The notes beneath the pieces were generated by a model that was given only the letters and a program-made list of their open reading frames with translations, had not been told where the DNA came from and did not search any database. The position numbers were made by a program, and so were the translations under genes. Source: Hemiscyllium ocellatum (taxonomy: Eukaryota). Taken from it: a stretch of DNA of 64,000 nucleotides. Below, piece after piece: positions 50,900 to 62,449 of this stretch; the stretch's first letter is position 1, and each line of letters begins with the position of its first letter. The stretch is taken from positions 744,001 to 808,000 of the forward strand of contig NW_026867509.1 in assembly GCF_020745735.1 (NCBI RefSeq), in the 5' to 3' direction.

Positions 50900-51830
50900 A
50901 AATGCTTGTGTTTTGTTATAGTAAAAAGTCAGGTCTGCAGATGCTGGAGATCAGAGCAGAAAATGTGTTGCTGGTTAAAGCACAGCAGGTTAGGCAGCAT
51001 CCAAGGAACAGGAAATTCGACGTTTCAGGCCAGAGCCCTTCATCAGGAATTACGAGAGGGTACCAGGCAGGCTAAGATAAAAAGTAGGGGGGAGGGACTT
51101 GGGGGAGGGGCGATGGAGATGTGATAGGTGGAAGGAGGTCAAGGTGAGGGTGATAAGGCGGAGTGGGGTGGGGCGGAGGGTCAGGAAGAGGATTGCAGGT
51201 TAGGAGGGCGGTGCTGAGTTCAAGGGAATCGACTGAGACAAGGTGGGGAGGGAAATGAGGAAACTGGAGAAATCTGAGTTCATCCCTTGTGGCTGGAGGG
51301 TTCCCAGGCGGAAGATGAGGCGCTCTTCCTCCAACCATCGTGTTGTTATGTTCTGGCGATGGAGGAGTCCAAGGACCTGAATGTCTTCGGTGGAGTGGGA
51401 GGGAGAGTTAAAGTGTTGAGCCAAGGGGTGGTTGGGTTGGTTGGTCCGGGCATCCCAGAGGTGTACCCTGAAGCGTTCTGCAAGTAGGCGGCCCGTCTCC
51501 CCAATATAGAGGAGGCCACATCGGGTGCAGCAGATGCAATAGATGATGTGTGTCGAGGTGCAGGTGAATTTGTGGCGGATATGGAAGGATCCCTTGGGGC
51601 CTTGGAGAGAAGTAAGGGAGGAGTTGTGGGCGCAAGTTTTGCATTGCTTGCTGTTGCAGGGGAAGGTGCCGGGAGTGGAGGTTTGGTTGGTGGGGGTTGT
51701 GGACCTGACAAGGGAGTCACAGAGGGAGTGGTCTTTTCAGAACGCTGATAGGGAAGGGGAGGGAAATATATCCCTGGTGGTGGGGTGACGGAAATGACGA
51801 CGGATGATATGATGTATATGGAGGTTGTAC
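50900..51830 (-). mobile_element. Neptune-type PLE 3' fragment with near-intact hammerhead at 51015-51050
   Basis: AQHFNSPSHSTEDIQVLGLLH...EEERLIFRLGTLQPQGMN; AUUC CUGAUGA A GGGC UCUG GCCU GAAACGUC GAAU. Confidence 0.88.
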
Positions 51831-52049
51831 CTTCTCCTATCTCTATTAGGTGCTGCTAATAAGCAGTGACCTGTGAAAATATTTTTCTGGTGTATGTCCT
51901 GCGCAGACGATTATCAGGACTCACCACTCTGCAAACAGAGAAGGATTCGGGACATTGTGTGGGAACGTCACCATCTAATTTCAACAACTAAACGTTGGCA
52001 GTTAAACTACTTACTTCGTGATGTGGAGCAACCGGTGTTTGACTGGGGT

Positions 52050-52360
52050 GAACAAAGTTTAAAATCACACAATTCCAGCAAATAATCCAACATGTTTATC
52101 TGGAAGCACTTGCTTTCGGAGGGCTGTTCTGCCATCAGTTAGCTGTGGCACATGACCATATGGGCGAACGTGAGGACTGCAGATGCTGGAGATTTGAATC
52201 CAGAGTTTGGTGCTGGAAAAGCACAGCATGACAGGCATCTGCAGCACAGAAGGTATGACCCTTCATCCGGAATTGGCCCTGCTCCACACCTACCTGATGA
52301 AGAAGCAGCATTCCAAAAGCTAGTGCTTCCTAATAAATCTGTTGGACTATAACGTGGTAT
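52050..52360. mobile_element. Inverted third-family PLE tails with a Neptune tail between them
   Basis: ctttcggagggctg...catcag (minus), gtgaggactgcagatgctgg (minus), cctgatgaagaagcagcattccaaaagctag (plus). Confidence 0.6.
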
Positions 52361-52680
52361 TGTGAGACCATGTAATTAATTCATGTCATTAAATGGACAG
52401 GATGTCTGTCTGCCGAGTTAGAGGGCAAATTGTCTGTCAGGTCAGATCGAGAAAAAAACCATCTGTCAAGTCAATTAGACATCAAGCTCTTTATTGAGTA
52501 AGTTAGAGATCCATTTGTTTCTGCTTTCAGTGAATGATTCAACCTTCTCTTGGGTCAGTCAAGAACAATATACCTATATTTAGACATGCTTTTTTCCATA
52601 AATCGCAGTCTACCATTCATGTCTCTCTTGTCTGAAATAAGCATCGAAATTCAGCTTATCATACTGCATGATTCATAGGA

Positions 52681-52690
52681 AGTGACATCA
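52681..52690 (+). promoter_or_regulatory. TCR V promoter decamer/CRE-like element
   Basis: AGTGACATCA matches the AGTGAYRTCA decamer described for mammalian TCR V-beta promoters; GGAA just upstream, CCAAT just downstream; about 95 nt before the ATG at 52785. Confidence 0.55.
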
Positions 52691-52784
52691 AATCCATCGC
52701 AGCCAATGAGACCAGCTTTTCTTCTCCGAGGTTTTGCAGATTTCTGTGGCACAGAAAGGTCTCTCGCATTCCAGAGCAATAGCA

Positions 52785-53773
52785 ATGCATCTCGCCCTTT
52801 TCTCTGTCATCTGGATTATTTACATTTTTGGTAAGGATTTAAACTTTAAAAGATGGATTAATGTCTGAAGAATAAAATCGTGAAACAGTGCACTCACATA
52901 AGGCAAGTATCGGAGCTGGAATGGAACACACTTGGTTTATGGTGTGCACTTCTGGCCTTTCTCTTACACGAGGAATGAAGGGACAGAAAGCAAAGCATAA
53001 ACAGATTTATGGATACAGTGATGGAAAGGAGAGATTACAAACTGACAGGAAACAATGTGAACGCTTGGTATCCTTTCTCTCTTACCACAAAGTCTAAGGG
53101 TAACTTAAATGTTGTCAGTACACAGATGAAAACATTTAGATTCTGGACTTGGATAGGAAGTTTAGCTCGATATCAGTTAAAATGTGCTTGGCATTCCACA
53201 ATGAATGTCCAGAGTTCACAAGATGATGTATTTAAGAAGAGACCAGATGAAAGGGATGCAGAGAAAAGTGTGAAGAGCTTTCTTAAGGGAATGAGAGGAG
53301 AGAAGAGGAAGGATTCTTGTGTCCATTATGCACATGGACATGGGCGCAATCTATCAAATCAGCTCTTTCTACTCTAATTTCTATACCGTATTTTAGGAAA
53401 CAACGTGAATTTCCAAATGTGGTTTGTTCATTCGAATACTTAACTGTTAATTTCTCACCTGTGTTCCAGACCTGAACAATGGAGATTCTGTTACTCAGCG
53501 TGAGCTTTCTCTCACACGGACAGAGGGAGAAGATGCCTATTTAAACTGTACCTACACTGACGATGCTGATTACTTGTTCTGGTACCGCCAGTCCCCAGAC
53601 AGACAGCCTGAGTTCGCAGTCCGGAGGCTTAAGAGTGGTGGTGCAGTAAAGAAAGCGGATTTTGCTCAGGCCCGGTTTTCTGATGAAATCCAACAGTTGG
53701 AAAAATTGTACCAATTGAAAATCTCAGGGCTGTTACTGTCTGACACCGCCGTTTACTTCTGTGCAATGAGGCT
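52785..53773 (+). CDS. TCR alpha/delta-type V segment, apparently functional (leader 52785-52830, intron 52831-53469, V exon 53470-53773)
   Basis: Leader MHLALFSVIWIIYIF with G|GTAAGG; acceptor gtgttccag; LNNGDSVTQ...YLNC...FWYRQ...DTAVYFCAMRL. Confidence 0.9.
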
Positions 53774-53812
53774 CACAACGTTGCAAGACAGTGAAAGACT
53801 CGTACAATAACT
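53774..53812 (+). other. V RSS (23-bp spacer)
   Basis: CACAACG + 23 nt + ACAATAACT. Confidence 0.78.
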
Positions 53813-54831
53813 GCTGTAGGTTTGTGGGTCACAGCTGCAGCCTGTTGACGGTTGAACATAACAGCGAATCATACACTGATATTTTGGTGTATTTGACTGA
53901 GGGGAAATACCCAGAGGACAATCCACGTAAACATCATTTAAAGTTGGTCATAGCGACTAGTATTCTGATTATTATATTGAACTAGAGTGGACCGAATTGG
54001 TTGCTGTTTATTTGGGAACTCCCTACTGACACTCTTCGAGAATACAAGCTCTGCAATCTGCCTGGCACTACCCAAATCCGTTTACCACTATTTTGGTGGA
54101 AAATTCATAATTTTTCGACGTGAGATTCCAGCATGTAGTGTGAACAGCAGACCGCCAAGTAACGAAATTCCCAATAATTTCAGTAACCTGATTAAATACC
54201 GCTCAATGTTAAAAATATACATGTTAAAGAACAAAAATCCATATATAACACAGTAAACGGGGATATTTTCAGGATATAACGAGAGGATAATGAACAATGA
54301 TATTAATAGCAATAATCTGAAAGGACAGGCGTTAGCACTCTTTGTCAGAACACGTTATGAATATGAAACCTCAATTGAAATGAAAATAAAAACTTTAGGG
54401 AACATCAGAAAGGCTTTTATACGTCTGAATTCAACAGGAATTGATGTAAGCGAATAAAGATTGTTTATTTCTTATGTTTCTTACCGATTCAGTGATGCAT
54501 TCCTCTTACTGTTAAATAATCATGAATGACTGGAAGAGGAAGTTAATTCATATATTTCAGAAAGCTCATCTGTCACAATAGTTTAATGTATAAAATGGCA
54601 GAAATTCCTTAGCCACATTTTGAATGATGTTCAGAGGTACATATGATTTAAATGGGACAGAGGAAACTCTCTCTATTACTACACTTATTTTTTTTCTGTT
54701 GTTAAATATTCGGAAATGTCTCAATTCAGTTCGTTTGAAAATGAGGTTAAGGAAATCCTGATTTCTCTGCACGCTGCATGGCCCATGCATCTTCCACTTC
54801 TCATTCCGTTCACTTTGTCCCATTACAGCAA

Positions 54832-55305
54832 TGTTTTTGTCCAAGGCTCCCTCTGGTTCATGTCCTCCTACTTCTTAATAATAGACGCTGATGTCCAATA
54901 GCCGCAGCTCAACGACAGCGGAACTTCCCTCACTCTTTGAGGTGTCCAGTGATGCAGAAAATCGAGATCTCACAACTCAAAAGTTCCTCTGATGGCATTT
55001 TGATAGTCAGTGATATAGATTAAGAAAATCGGAGATTTACCAGGTTCATGACGGTAGAATTGCAAGATATACATATTAACTGCTGTCAAACAACTGAAAC
55101 GAACAATCACTGAATCTCCTTCAAGTTGTGTCATGGTAACCAGCTTCTGAGTTAGGATCTGCAAAATTAACACCTGCAGTGATATAGCAAGTAAATGGTA
55201 TTGAAATGACTGTTCTAATCAAGACTCACGATCAAAGGTTATGTTGTTGGACACAGAAATTACACATATTACCCAGGGGTGAACATGAATATGAATAGTT
55301 GACAT
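54832..55305 (-). pseudogene. TCR V pseudogene
   Basis: Leader 55305-55230 with GTGAGT donor; GVNFAD/LTQKLVTMTQLEGDSV...LQFYRHEPGKSPIFLIYI.../SRFSASLDTSKSEG...VYY*; frameshifts, Cys104 is a stop; nonamer ACAAAAACA retained. Confidence 0.8.
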
Positions 55306-55369
55306 GAAGATTGGTTAGAACAAAACGAGGCTCAATTGTTTCAGCTGAAATAAAAAAAAATGTGTCTTT

Positions 55370-56330
55370 TCCGATCTCCATCCCGATTGAATGATTTTTG
55401 TCACAGTCATCAGTCATCACCCAATCGGCTTCAGATCCTTTGTTCTCGATCCATGACATCAAAGAGCTGGCACATGAACAAAGATTGCGAGCTGGAGGAG
55501 GCCACTTGGCGCATCGAACTTGCTCCACTCGTGAAACGAACATAGTTGATCCACCTCGCTTCTGGCCGAATCCCAAACCACTTCCATCTTTTAACGCACA
55601 CTAATCTATCAATGTAAGTCCCAAATATACTCAACACTATGGAAAAAAAAGAAAATTCTGATGACCGAATTAAGCCAAAATGACCATTGACTTCAGTTTT
55701 GGTCTTTGGCAGAGTCAATCTGGGACATTGATAGGTAATAGTTAATGTTGTGGCATCAGTACGCTCTTCAGTGATCATGAACCACTCACGCAACAATTCT
55801 ATCACAGGAATCCACTGGAGCATCTGCGTGTGAACCGTTGTTATAAGCACCCCTGAAAATGCAGTAGATGTCACCCAGAAACGAATTGTATCAGGCATTC
55901 GTTCCAAGCACATAATAAATCGAAGTATCAGATTGCAGCAGCTACAAGATGGGCAATTGGTACTACTTCTCTGACTGTAAGAGAGCATCAATAGACCAGG
56001 CTTCAATGAAACCTGCATTAAATTCAGTAGCAAGGCTTTTCTTCATCCAAACTGTGAACTCAGGCTGTTTGCCCAGTTACTGACAGCACCAGTTGAAAGA
56101 GTACGTATCATTGATGCAGGTTAAGTTGCCAGTAACATCGCCTGGGTCGGTCTGTGTGATCGAGGGATACCGCTGAGTGACAGAAATTCCATCATTCAGA
56201 TATGGAATGCAAGTACTGAGAAATTGGAAACCAGCAATTGAATGTTCGAGTGAACCGAACTGAAGGGGTAATTCACAGTGTTACCAAAAATAATAGATTG
56301 GATTTAGAAGGGAAAAACAATCTCATTCGG
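55370..56330 (-). mobile_element. Old CR1/L2-clade LINE fragment
   Basis: ...REWFMITEERTD resembles the PWFNEECRR region; flanking motif similarity to other LINE relics in the window. Confidence 0.45.
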
Positions 56331-56793
56331 CCTGTCACGAAAAAATTGGTTAGTCACAATAGATATAGTGAGAGTAGCACGGATTTAAATTTAAATAGCA
56401 ATTCCAGGAAATTCCAGGTAGGACACTGTCTAGCTGAAATATACAAAATGTAAAACCTCATTGAAAATGTTGTTCCAACATAGGTATGGATCTGGATATT
56501 TTTGTCTCTCACCTTTTTCTCTTGTGTGAATTTTCCAAATGCAAACGCATTTCTGAATGCAAATAGCACATGCATTCTTAACCTGCTAATTCAACCTAAT
56601 GAGAGGTGCTTCAATCCAGAAAAACAGCAGGGACAAGTATGTGGGAAAGCTGCCACGTTCAATGCATCCTGCAGGCATACAGCACTGTGAGTTGGAAGTA
56701 TATTTCTGTTTATTCTTTGCCGCTAGGTCTAACTTCTGGAACTCCATCCACATTGCCATCGCAATCGTAAAGAGTGCCAAGGAGTTCAAGATT

Positions 56794-58186
56794 TTAAGAA
56801 GTGACTCATTATTTCTACCCTGAGGTAATGAGTCTTCGACAACAAATCCTATCCCAGTGAGTGACATTCATATTGAAGGATTCAGTTCTGTTTAAAAAAA
56901 CTTGCAGTTCCAAATCAGAGATCTGGAAACGACCATGTGCAAGATCAGAGACAGAGCAAGGAAGTGAGAAAAAAAATGAATGGCAATGATAACTGAGAGG
57001 CATGAGGCCGGATGTGAGTGTATCGCCGGTGGTTTCAGCTTTACTGAAAGTGACAATTGGTCAGACTTTACTATGCATTGTTTGCAAAGACTCAGATATC
57101 ACTCCTAATCAATTAACCAAATTGGCTCTCTGCTTTTTTTATGATGCTCTCTCTTGCTTTATTAATGTGCTTAATGGCCTTCAAGAGGGCGAGAGTATCC
57201 AGACATTCCCTTCTCTTTTTGATGCTCCCTCTTGGGGAATTGACGGGGTAAATGGTTCTCATTTTATGAGGGCATCTCCTCATCCTGTTAGCTTAACAGA
57301 TCAAAATATCACTTTCAAACCAATGCAATTGGAGATTGCATCTTTCTGTGCGTTTTCACTGGTGACTGTTCAGAGTGAATGTGGCGTTTTTATTCAAAAG
57401 TCGAATCTAATTGACATTCTCACTCAACAAAATTGCAACAGAAAAAAATACTTATCTCCTATGACAAACTGTCCTAGGAAATTGGCAGAAACAGCCCAAT
57501 GGTGGCACTGTGCCTTGCTTGGAGCTTGGCCACTAAACAGGCAATCCTGTGTTCAAATCCCAGAAGTGCCTCTGCCAGAGTTGCAACCACCTTCCATTAA
57601 AATTATTTCGAATCCAATGTAATTTATCCCACCAGCGTTCTTAGGAGTGATTGCAATTGTTATCCAAAAATGCTTGAACTCTGAAAAAGTGCGAGAGAAT
57701 TGAATGATGGTCAACAGGATACTTTAAAAAAAAAACAGGCAGGTAAAAAAATGAAAATTGCACGCCAGTTGGACTAACACGAATTGTTGGAAAGTTATTA
57801 GAATGAATTCTGAAAAAAGTAAAGCATACATTTGGAATATTGCTTTCTAATATAACAAGTCACTTGGTTTCTTGAAATGGAAATCACATCTCATTATTTT
57901 CTAAGTGTGATTAAGAAGTGACACATTATTTCTACCCTGAGGTAATGAGTCTTCGACAATAAATCCTATCCCAGTTAGTGACATTCATATTGAAGGATTC
58001 AGTTTTGTTAAAAAGTACTTGCAGTTCCAAATCAGAGAGCTGGAAACGACAATGTGCAAGATCAGAAACAGAGCAAAGAAGTGAGAAAAAAATGAAAGGC
58101 AATGATGACTGAGAGGCATGAGGCCGGATGTGAGTGTACCGCCGGTGGTTTAAGCCTTACTGAAAGTGACAATGGGTCAAACTTTG
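56794..58186 (+). repeat. Direct repeat pair of about 276 bp (56794-57069 and 57911-58186)
   Basis: ttaagaagtgac...ctaccctgaggtaatgagtcttcgacaa...gaggcatgaggccggatgtgagtgta...actt present twice with few differences. Confidence 0.88.
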
Positions 58187-58379
58187 GATTGGATAGCGGA
58201 GAATCCGTAGATGTGTTCATTTTGACTTCCAAAATACGTTCGACAAGACACATCAAAAAAGATTAACTCATGCAATAACAGCCCCCGGGGTGTTGGAGGT
58301 AACATATTGGCATGAACAAAGAATTCGATGAAGGGAAGAAACAGCAAGTGGGGAAAAGTCATTTTTCGTTCTGATGACC

Positions 58380-59050
58380 TGTGGTTAATGGGGTAACGCA
58401 GGTATCAGTGCTTGGACGACAAATATTTACATTGTGTATTGTATAGGAGGAAGGAAGCGAATGCACTGCAGCCAAGTTTGCAGATGGCACCAAAACAGGT
58501 GGAAAGGAAATTGTCAGAAGGGCACAAACAGTTTGAGTTTTGGAAAGTAAAGAGGTAAAATGTGACATTGTTCATTTTGGAAAGAAGAACGAAAGAGCAT
58601 GATATTATTTAATTGGATTAATAACTGTAGAAAGATACAACACAAAGACATTCTGGGACAGTAAGCTAGTTCACAGGGGCAGCAGGTAATCAGGAAGTCT
58701 GATGTTAAAAGAAAGGTATAATTTTGTTTGAGTCAGTTCAGCGAAAGTGCACTGGGGTGATCTCTGATCTGGAGAGATTTTCTTATGATCAAAGGTTAAA
58801 CAAGTTTGGACCATACATCCTGGAGTTCCAAAAATGAAAAGTGATCATGTTGAAACTTGTAGGATTCTTAAGGTACTTGAAAGGGTACGTGCTGAGAGGA
58901 AGTTAGCACTCATAGGAGAATGTCCAGACAAAAGGATCAATCACAGAATAATGGAGTGGTGCCTTGAGGCAGAATGCAGAAGAATTTCTCCTCTCAGGGA
59001 ATTGTATATCTTTGGAACGTTGCCACAGGGAGCTGCGAGGGCAAAGTACC
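58380..59050 (+). mobile_element. Degenerate CR1 3' fragment
   Basis: gccaagtttgcagatggcaccaaa (AKFADGTK), cattttggaaagaagaac. Confidence 0.7.
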
Positions 59051-60021
59051 ATTAACAATAAGTCTTAAAATATTTTGAAGTACGCCTGTAAAATGATGAC
59101 AGTCGGATTTAAATTGTTTGCTTGATGGGTGATCGTCATGACAATATGTATTCCTTCGACATGAGACGGCTTCTTATTCCTTCGTGAGATGTGGGGTGAC
59201 GCTGGGAAAGAAGCATTTATTGCACTTCCATAATCGCTCTTGAACATAATGGCTTAGAAATTTACACAGTTGCAATTTCTTCCACCAGACTAACCAGCTG
59301 CAGAGCATTACTCCGAGCCTCTGGATTACTCTTACAGTAAGATTTACCCCCGCACTTACAATCTACATTGCATCATGTTGTTTGGTTAATGTTTGTTTCA
59401 TTATTTATGTTTTCTATATGAAAATGATAAAAGAAAGTTTGCCTGATCTAAAGTTAAAAAATAAACATGAATTTTGTTTAAATTTATTTCAATTAAATGT
59501 AATATTAAGATTATATCCGTTTGTGAAGTAAAAATGGTGGATAGGTTGGTCGTCCCAGCTGCAACGTCAACCATTCCAAAAAACAAGACTGTAGACATAG
59601 CATTAATATCCAGAATTTTTTTCCGTGTTTAAACTTCCATCCAGATCAAGCACCTTGTAGCTACAACGAAGCATGTAGACTATTGAACCATGATAAGTAA
59701 TATCTTCCACGTTTAGAGGTCACGTCACAGACTTGGAGACACTGCCATCATTGTTTCCAATCCATGAGCTCCGAGAGCAGCTGAGAGTCAGCACACACGT
59801 CGTCAAATTCAGTCAACAGTAACTCCGCCCATAGCTTCTATTTCATGTTCTATGCCTCTCTTCCTCCCCTTATCTCTGAACCAATTGTGTTCTTGAAGAG
59901 AATGCTACCACGTTGCCAAACTTTTTATTGGTAGGATCAGCCACGCAGCGAGTTCCAGATCTGACTTTCTGCTCTGACAGAGAATTTCCTGCATTGCAGA
60001 AATACAGAGTCAGAAATCAAA

Positions 60022-60520
60022 ATGGAGAAATTGCCACACACAGTTCTTCATCATTGTATGCATTCTCAGTAAGTAGCTCCATCGCAGAAAAAAAAAATGA
60101 TTGTTCCAATACGAATGTTAGTGTTGGTCGACGTGTTACTGACCATTATGTTGATCAACATAAGGCTGATGCTGATTGTCGTTTTTTACTATTTATATGT
60201 TAGAATGGACGAGCATGATACAGTGGTACATCCTTTTTCTCTAAAGACGCTTGGAGAGGCAAAGAATTTCACACTAACCGTCAATGTGACGAAGAGCAAC
60301 TCTATCTTTTTTGTGTACTGGTACAGTAAATGTCCTGAACAGACTCCACAATACATGTTTCAGCTTATTGGGAGTGATGTGCAAAGAGATAACCGCATCA
60401 CTGATTGACAAGATCACGGAACTAAAAATCCGCAATATTCTCATCTCTAATAACGCTGTGTATTTCTGTGCTATGGAACCCACATTGTTGTCGAGCTGCA
60501 TCGAAAACGGTATAAATACT
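60022..60520 (+). pseudogene. TCR V pseudogene (related to V 338)
   Basis: Leader-like WRNCHTQFFIIVCIL A|GTAAGT without ATG; VYWYSKCPEQTPQY; frameshift to LKIRNILISNNAVYFCAMEP; CACATTG heptamer with degenerate nonamer. Confidence 0.82.
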
Positions 60521-61046
60521 CAACCAGAGAATTCCAATTAGTGCTCACCAGAGGGCGTTCTCACCCCAAGAAATAAAAACAGCTTGGAGAGAACCATGAA
60601 ACCTATTACTGATGATGGTGGGTTCTTTTATGTCTGCAAACATTATTCATGAGATCAGGTAACTCGATAAGTTGTTCTCTGACACTTGCTGGTTTTCGAC
60701 TTCGAAAGTGAACTAATTGAACTTTCCCAATACCACCCTTATTCTTCAATTGTAACATAACCATTTCCTTCGCAGAGAATTAACATCACTTCACAGTAAG
60801 CAATTTCGTCTTATTGATAATCTGTTCTCCTCTGACAGCTGTAACCGAAAATCTTTGTCATGAATACTTTTAAACTTCTTGGATACTGTTGCAGCATCAC
60901 AGTTCCTGGCAAATGGATAGTATTGTACCACACTCTTCATTGTGTCTTGTGGATGTTGGGCAGACTTTGGTAGTCAGATGGTGAGTTACTTGCAGTGTCA
61001 TTCTTACCCGCTGACCGACACTTACAGCCTTTATGTTGAAATGGTT

Positions 61047-61411
61047 GACCTCAGTCTCACCGATCGAGATGATATTGACCTTCCCACGGTCAAAAGACAG
61101 CGTGTAGCAGCCTGTGGTCTGATTGCCCTCGTATATCGAGTCGATGATTGTCAGCACCAATCAATCATATCCACAGTACCATTGGAGAGCTTACAATGAA
61201 GTTCAACCCGTCCTCTTTCGAGGGACAACATCTGATCAGATTTTGAGCTCTGTTCCTCACAGAAAAGTGCGAGAACAAAAGAAACAGCATTCAACCACAA
61301 GGATTTGTGGAATTATATAAGAAGGTTTCTGTTTGAAAAATAAAACTCACACAATCTGAAGTACATTAGAGCTCCAAATGGGAATATGTGATTGCAGGAC
61401 ATTCTGCTCAT
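61047..61411 (-). pseudogene. TCR V pseudogene, inverted paralog of V 7118, 3'-truncated against a LINE relic
   Basis: Leader MSRMSCNHIFPFGALMYFRL T|GTGAGT; CEEQ...VELHC...DWC*Q; IDSIYEGNQTTGCYTLSFDRGKVNIISI versus IGSIYQGNESKGRYMLSLDRAKKFNIISI; acceptor lost. Confidence 0.82.
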
Positions 61412-61669
61412 GGCAATGAAGATGCAAACGACGTAAGTCAATTCGGCTATTGTTTCCAATCCAGGAGTTGCTGGCGATACCAGGATCTCAGCGATGGAGC
61501 TGAAGGAGCAAAGGGGAGCGTTTGACATTCTCCTCATATATAGCGAGAATGGTGAGCAACATTCTCAACAGCCTGATTTTTTATAGGATGTAATCAACAG
61601 ACAACATTTAATGTCACTCTCATGGATTGGCCGCCTGCTGAAATCAGGAGAGAAAGGAATGGCGCTATC

Positions 61670-61700
61670 TCTGACTCTCTCTCTCTCTCTCTCTCTCTCC
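61670..61700. repeat. (CT)n microsatellite
   Basis: ctctctctctctctctctct run. Confidence 0.85.
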
Positions 61701-62449
61701 CCCTCCCCCAACTCCCTCCCTCCCATTCTCTCTAATTGTGCACCAGTGGATGGAATACGTCACAAAGATTTAATCTTGCTCAAATTTTCAAATGAAATAT
61801 TTATCGTCATTTAAGAACTTTAGATCCGATATTATTATATTTTTCACTGATTCTCTGTCTCAGAATTCTGGAACGCTGTCGTTGATGCATCTTTAACTAC
61901 GTGTCTTCTTCAGACATTCATTCAGTGCTTCATAATTTTAATTACAGGGTGCAGTCGCTATGGTCCTTCATCATTATTGCTCCATTGGTGTTATACAAAC
62001 AAGCAACATTTATGGATTGACTTTGAAATGGATGATAAATAAAAACTCTGCATGGTTTCTTTACGTTCTGCTGGTAGACTCTGGTTTATATTTGTTCAAG
62101 CTGTCAAACTCTGTGTTCATTTCAACCATCATTTATCCTGCCTTTGTTGTAACGTTTTTTACAGCAAAAAGGATGTCGATTTCAAGTGGAGCTTGGTTCA
62201 CCAGTGTGACAGAGATCGAGACAAACAGGAAAAGAAAAAGGAATGTTGAGAACGACAAAGTAATAAACAGAGGAAGATAATGTCAATAATTCTCATTAAT
62301 TATCACGTAGCTGCCATCAGCGCTGACAGGGCAGCCAATCCTGCCTCGAAGGAATGTCCCATATTCTCAGTGAGCAAAGTCTGATGCTGATCTGCATTAT
62401 ACTTAATGTCGAATGAAATTCGCATAGTTTCTGTTCAATTCTAAATGGT

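Noticed and set aside
53340-53387. Proximal leader candidate for V 53470
   Set aside because: The phase-1 frame has an in-frame TAA; a better leader with consensus donor is at 52785-52830
56599-56823. ORF containing ELEVYFC
   Set aside because: Lacks the D-x-A-x-Y-x-C pattern, WYxQ and RSS
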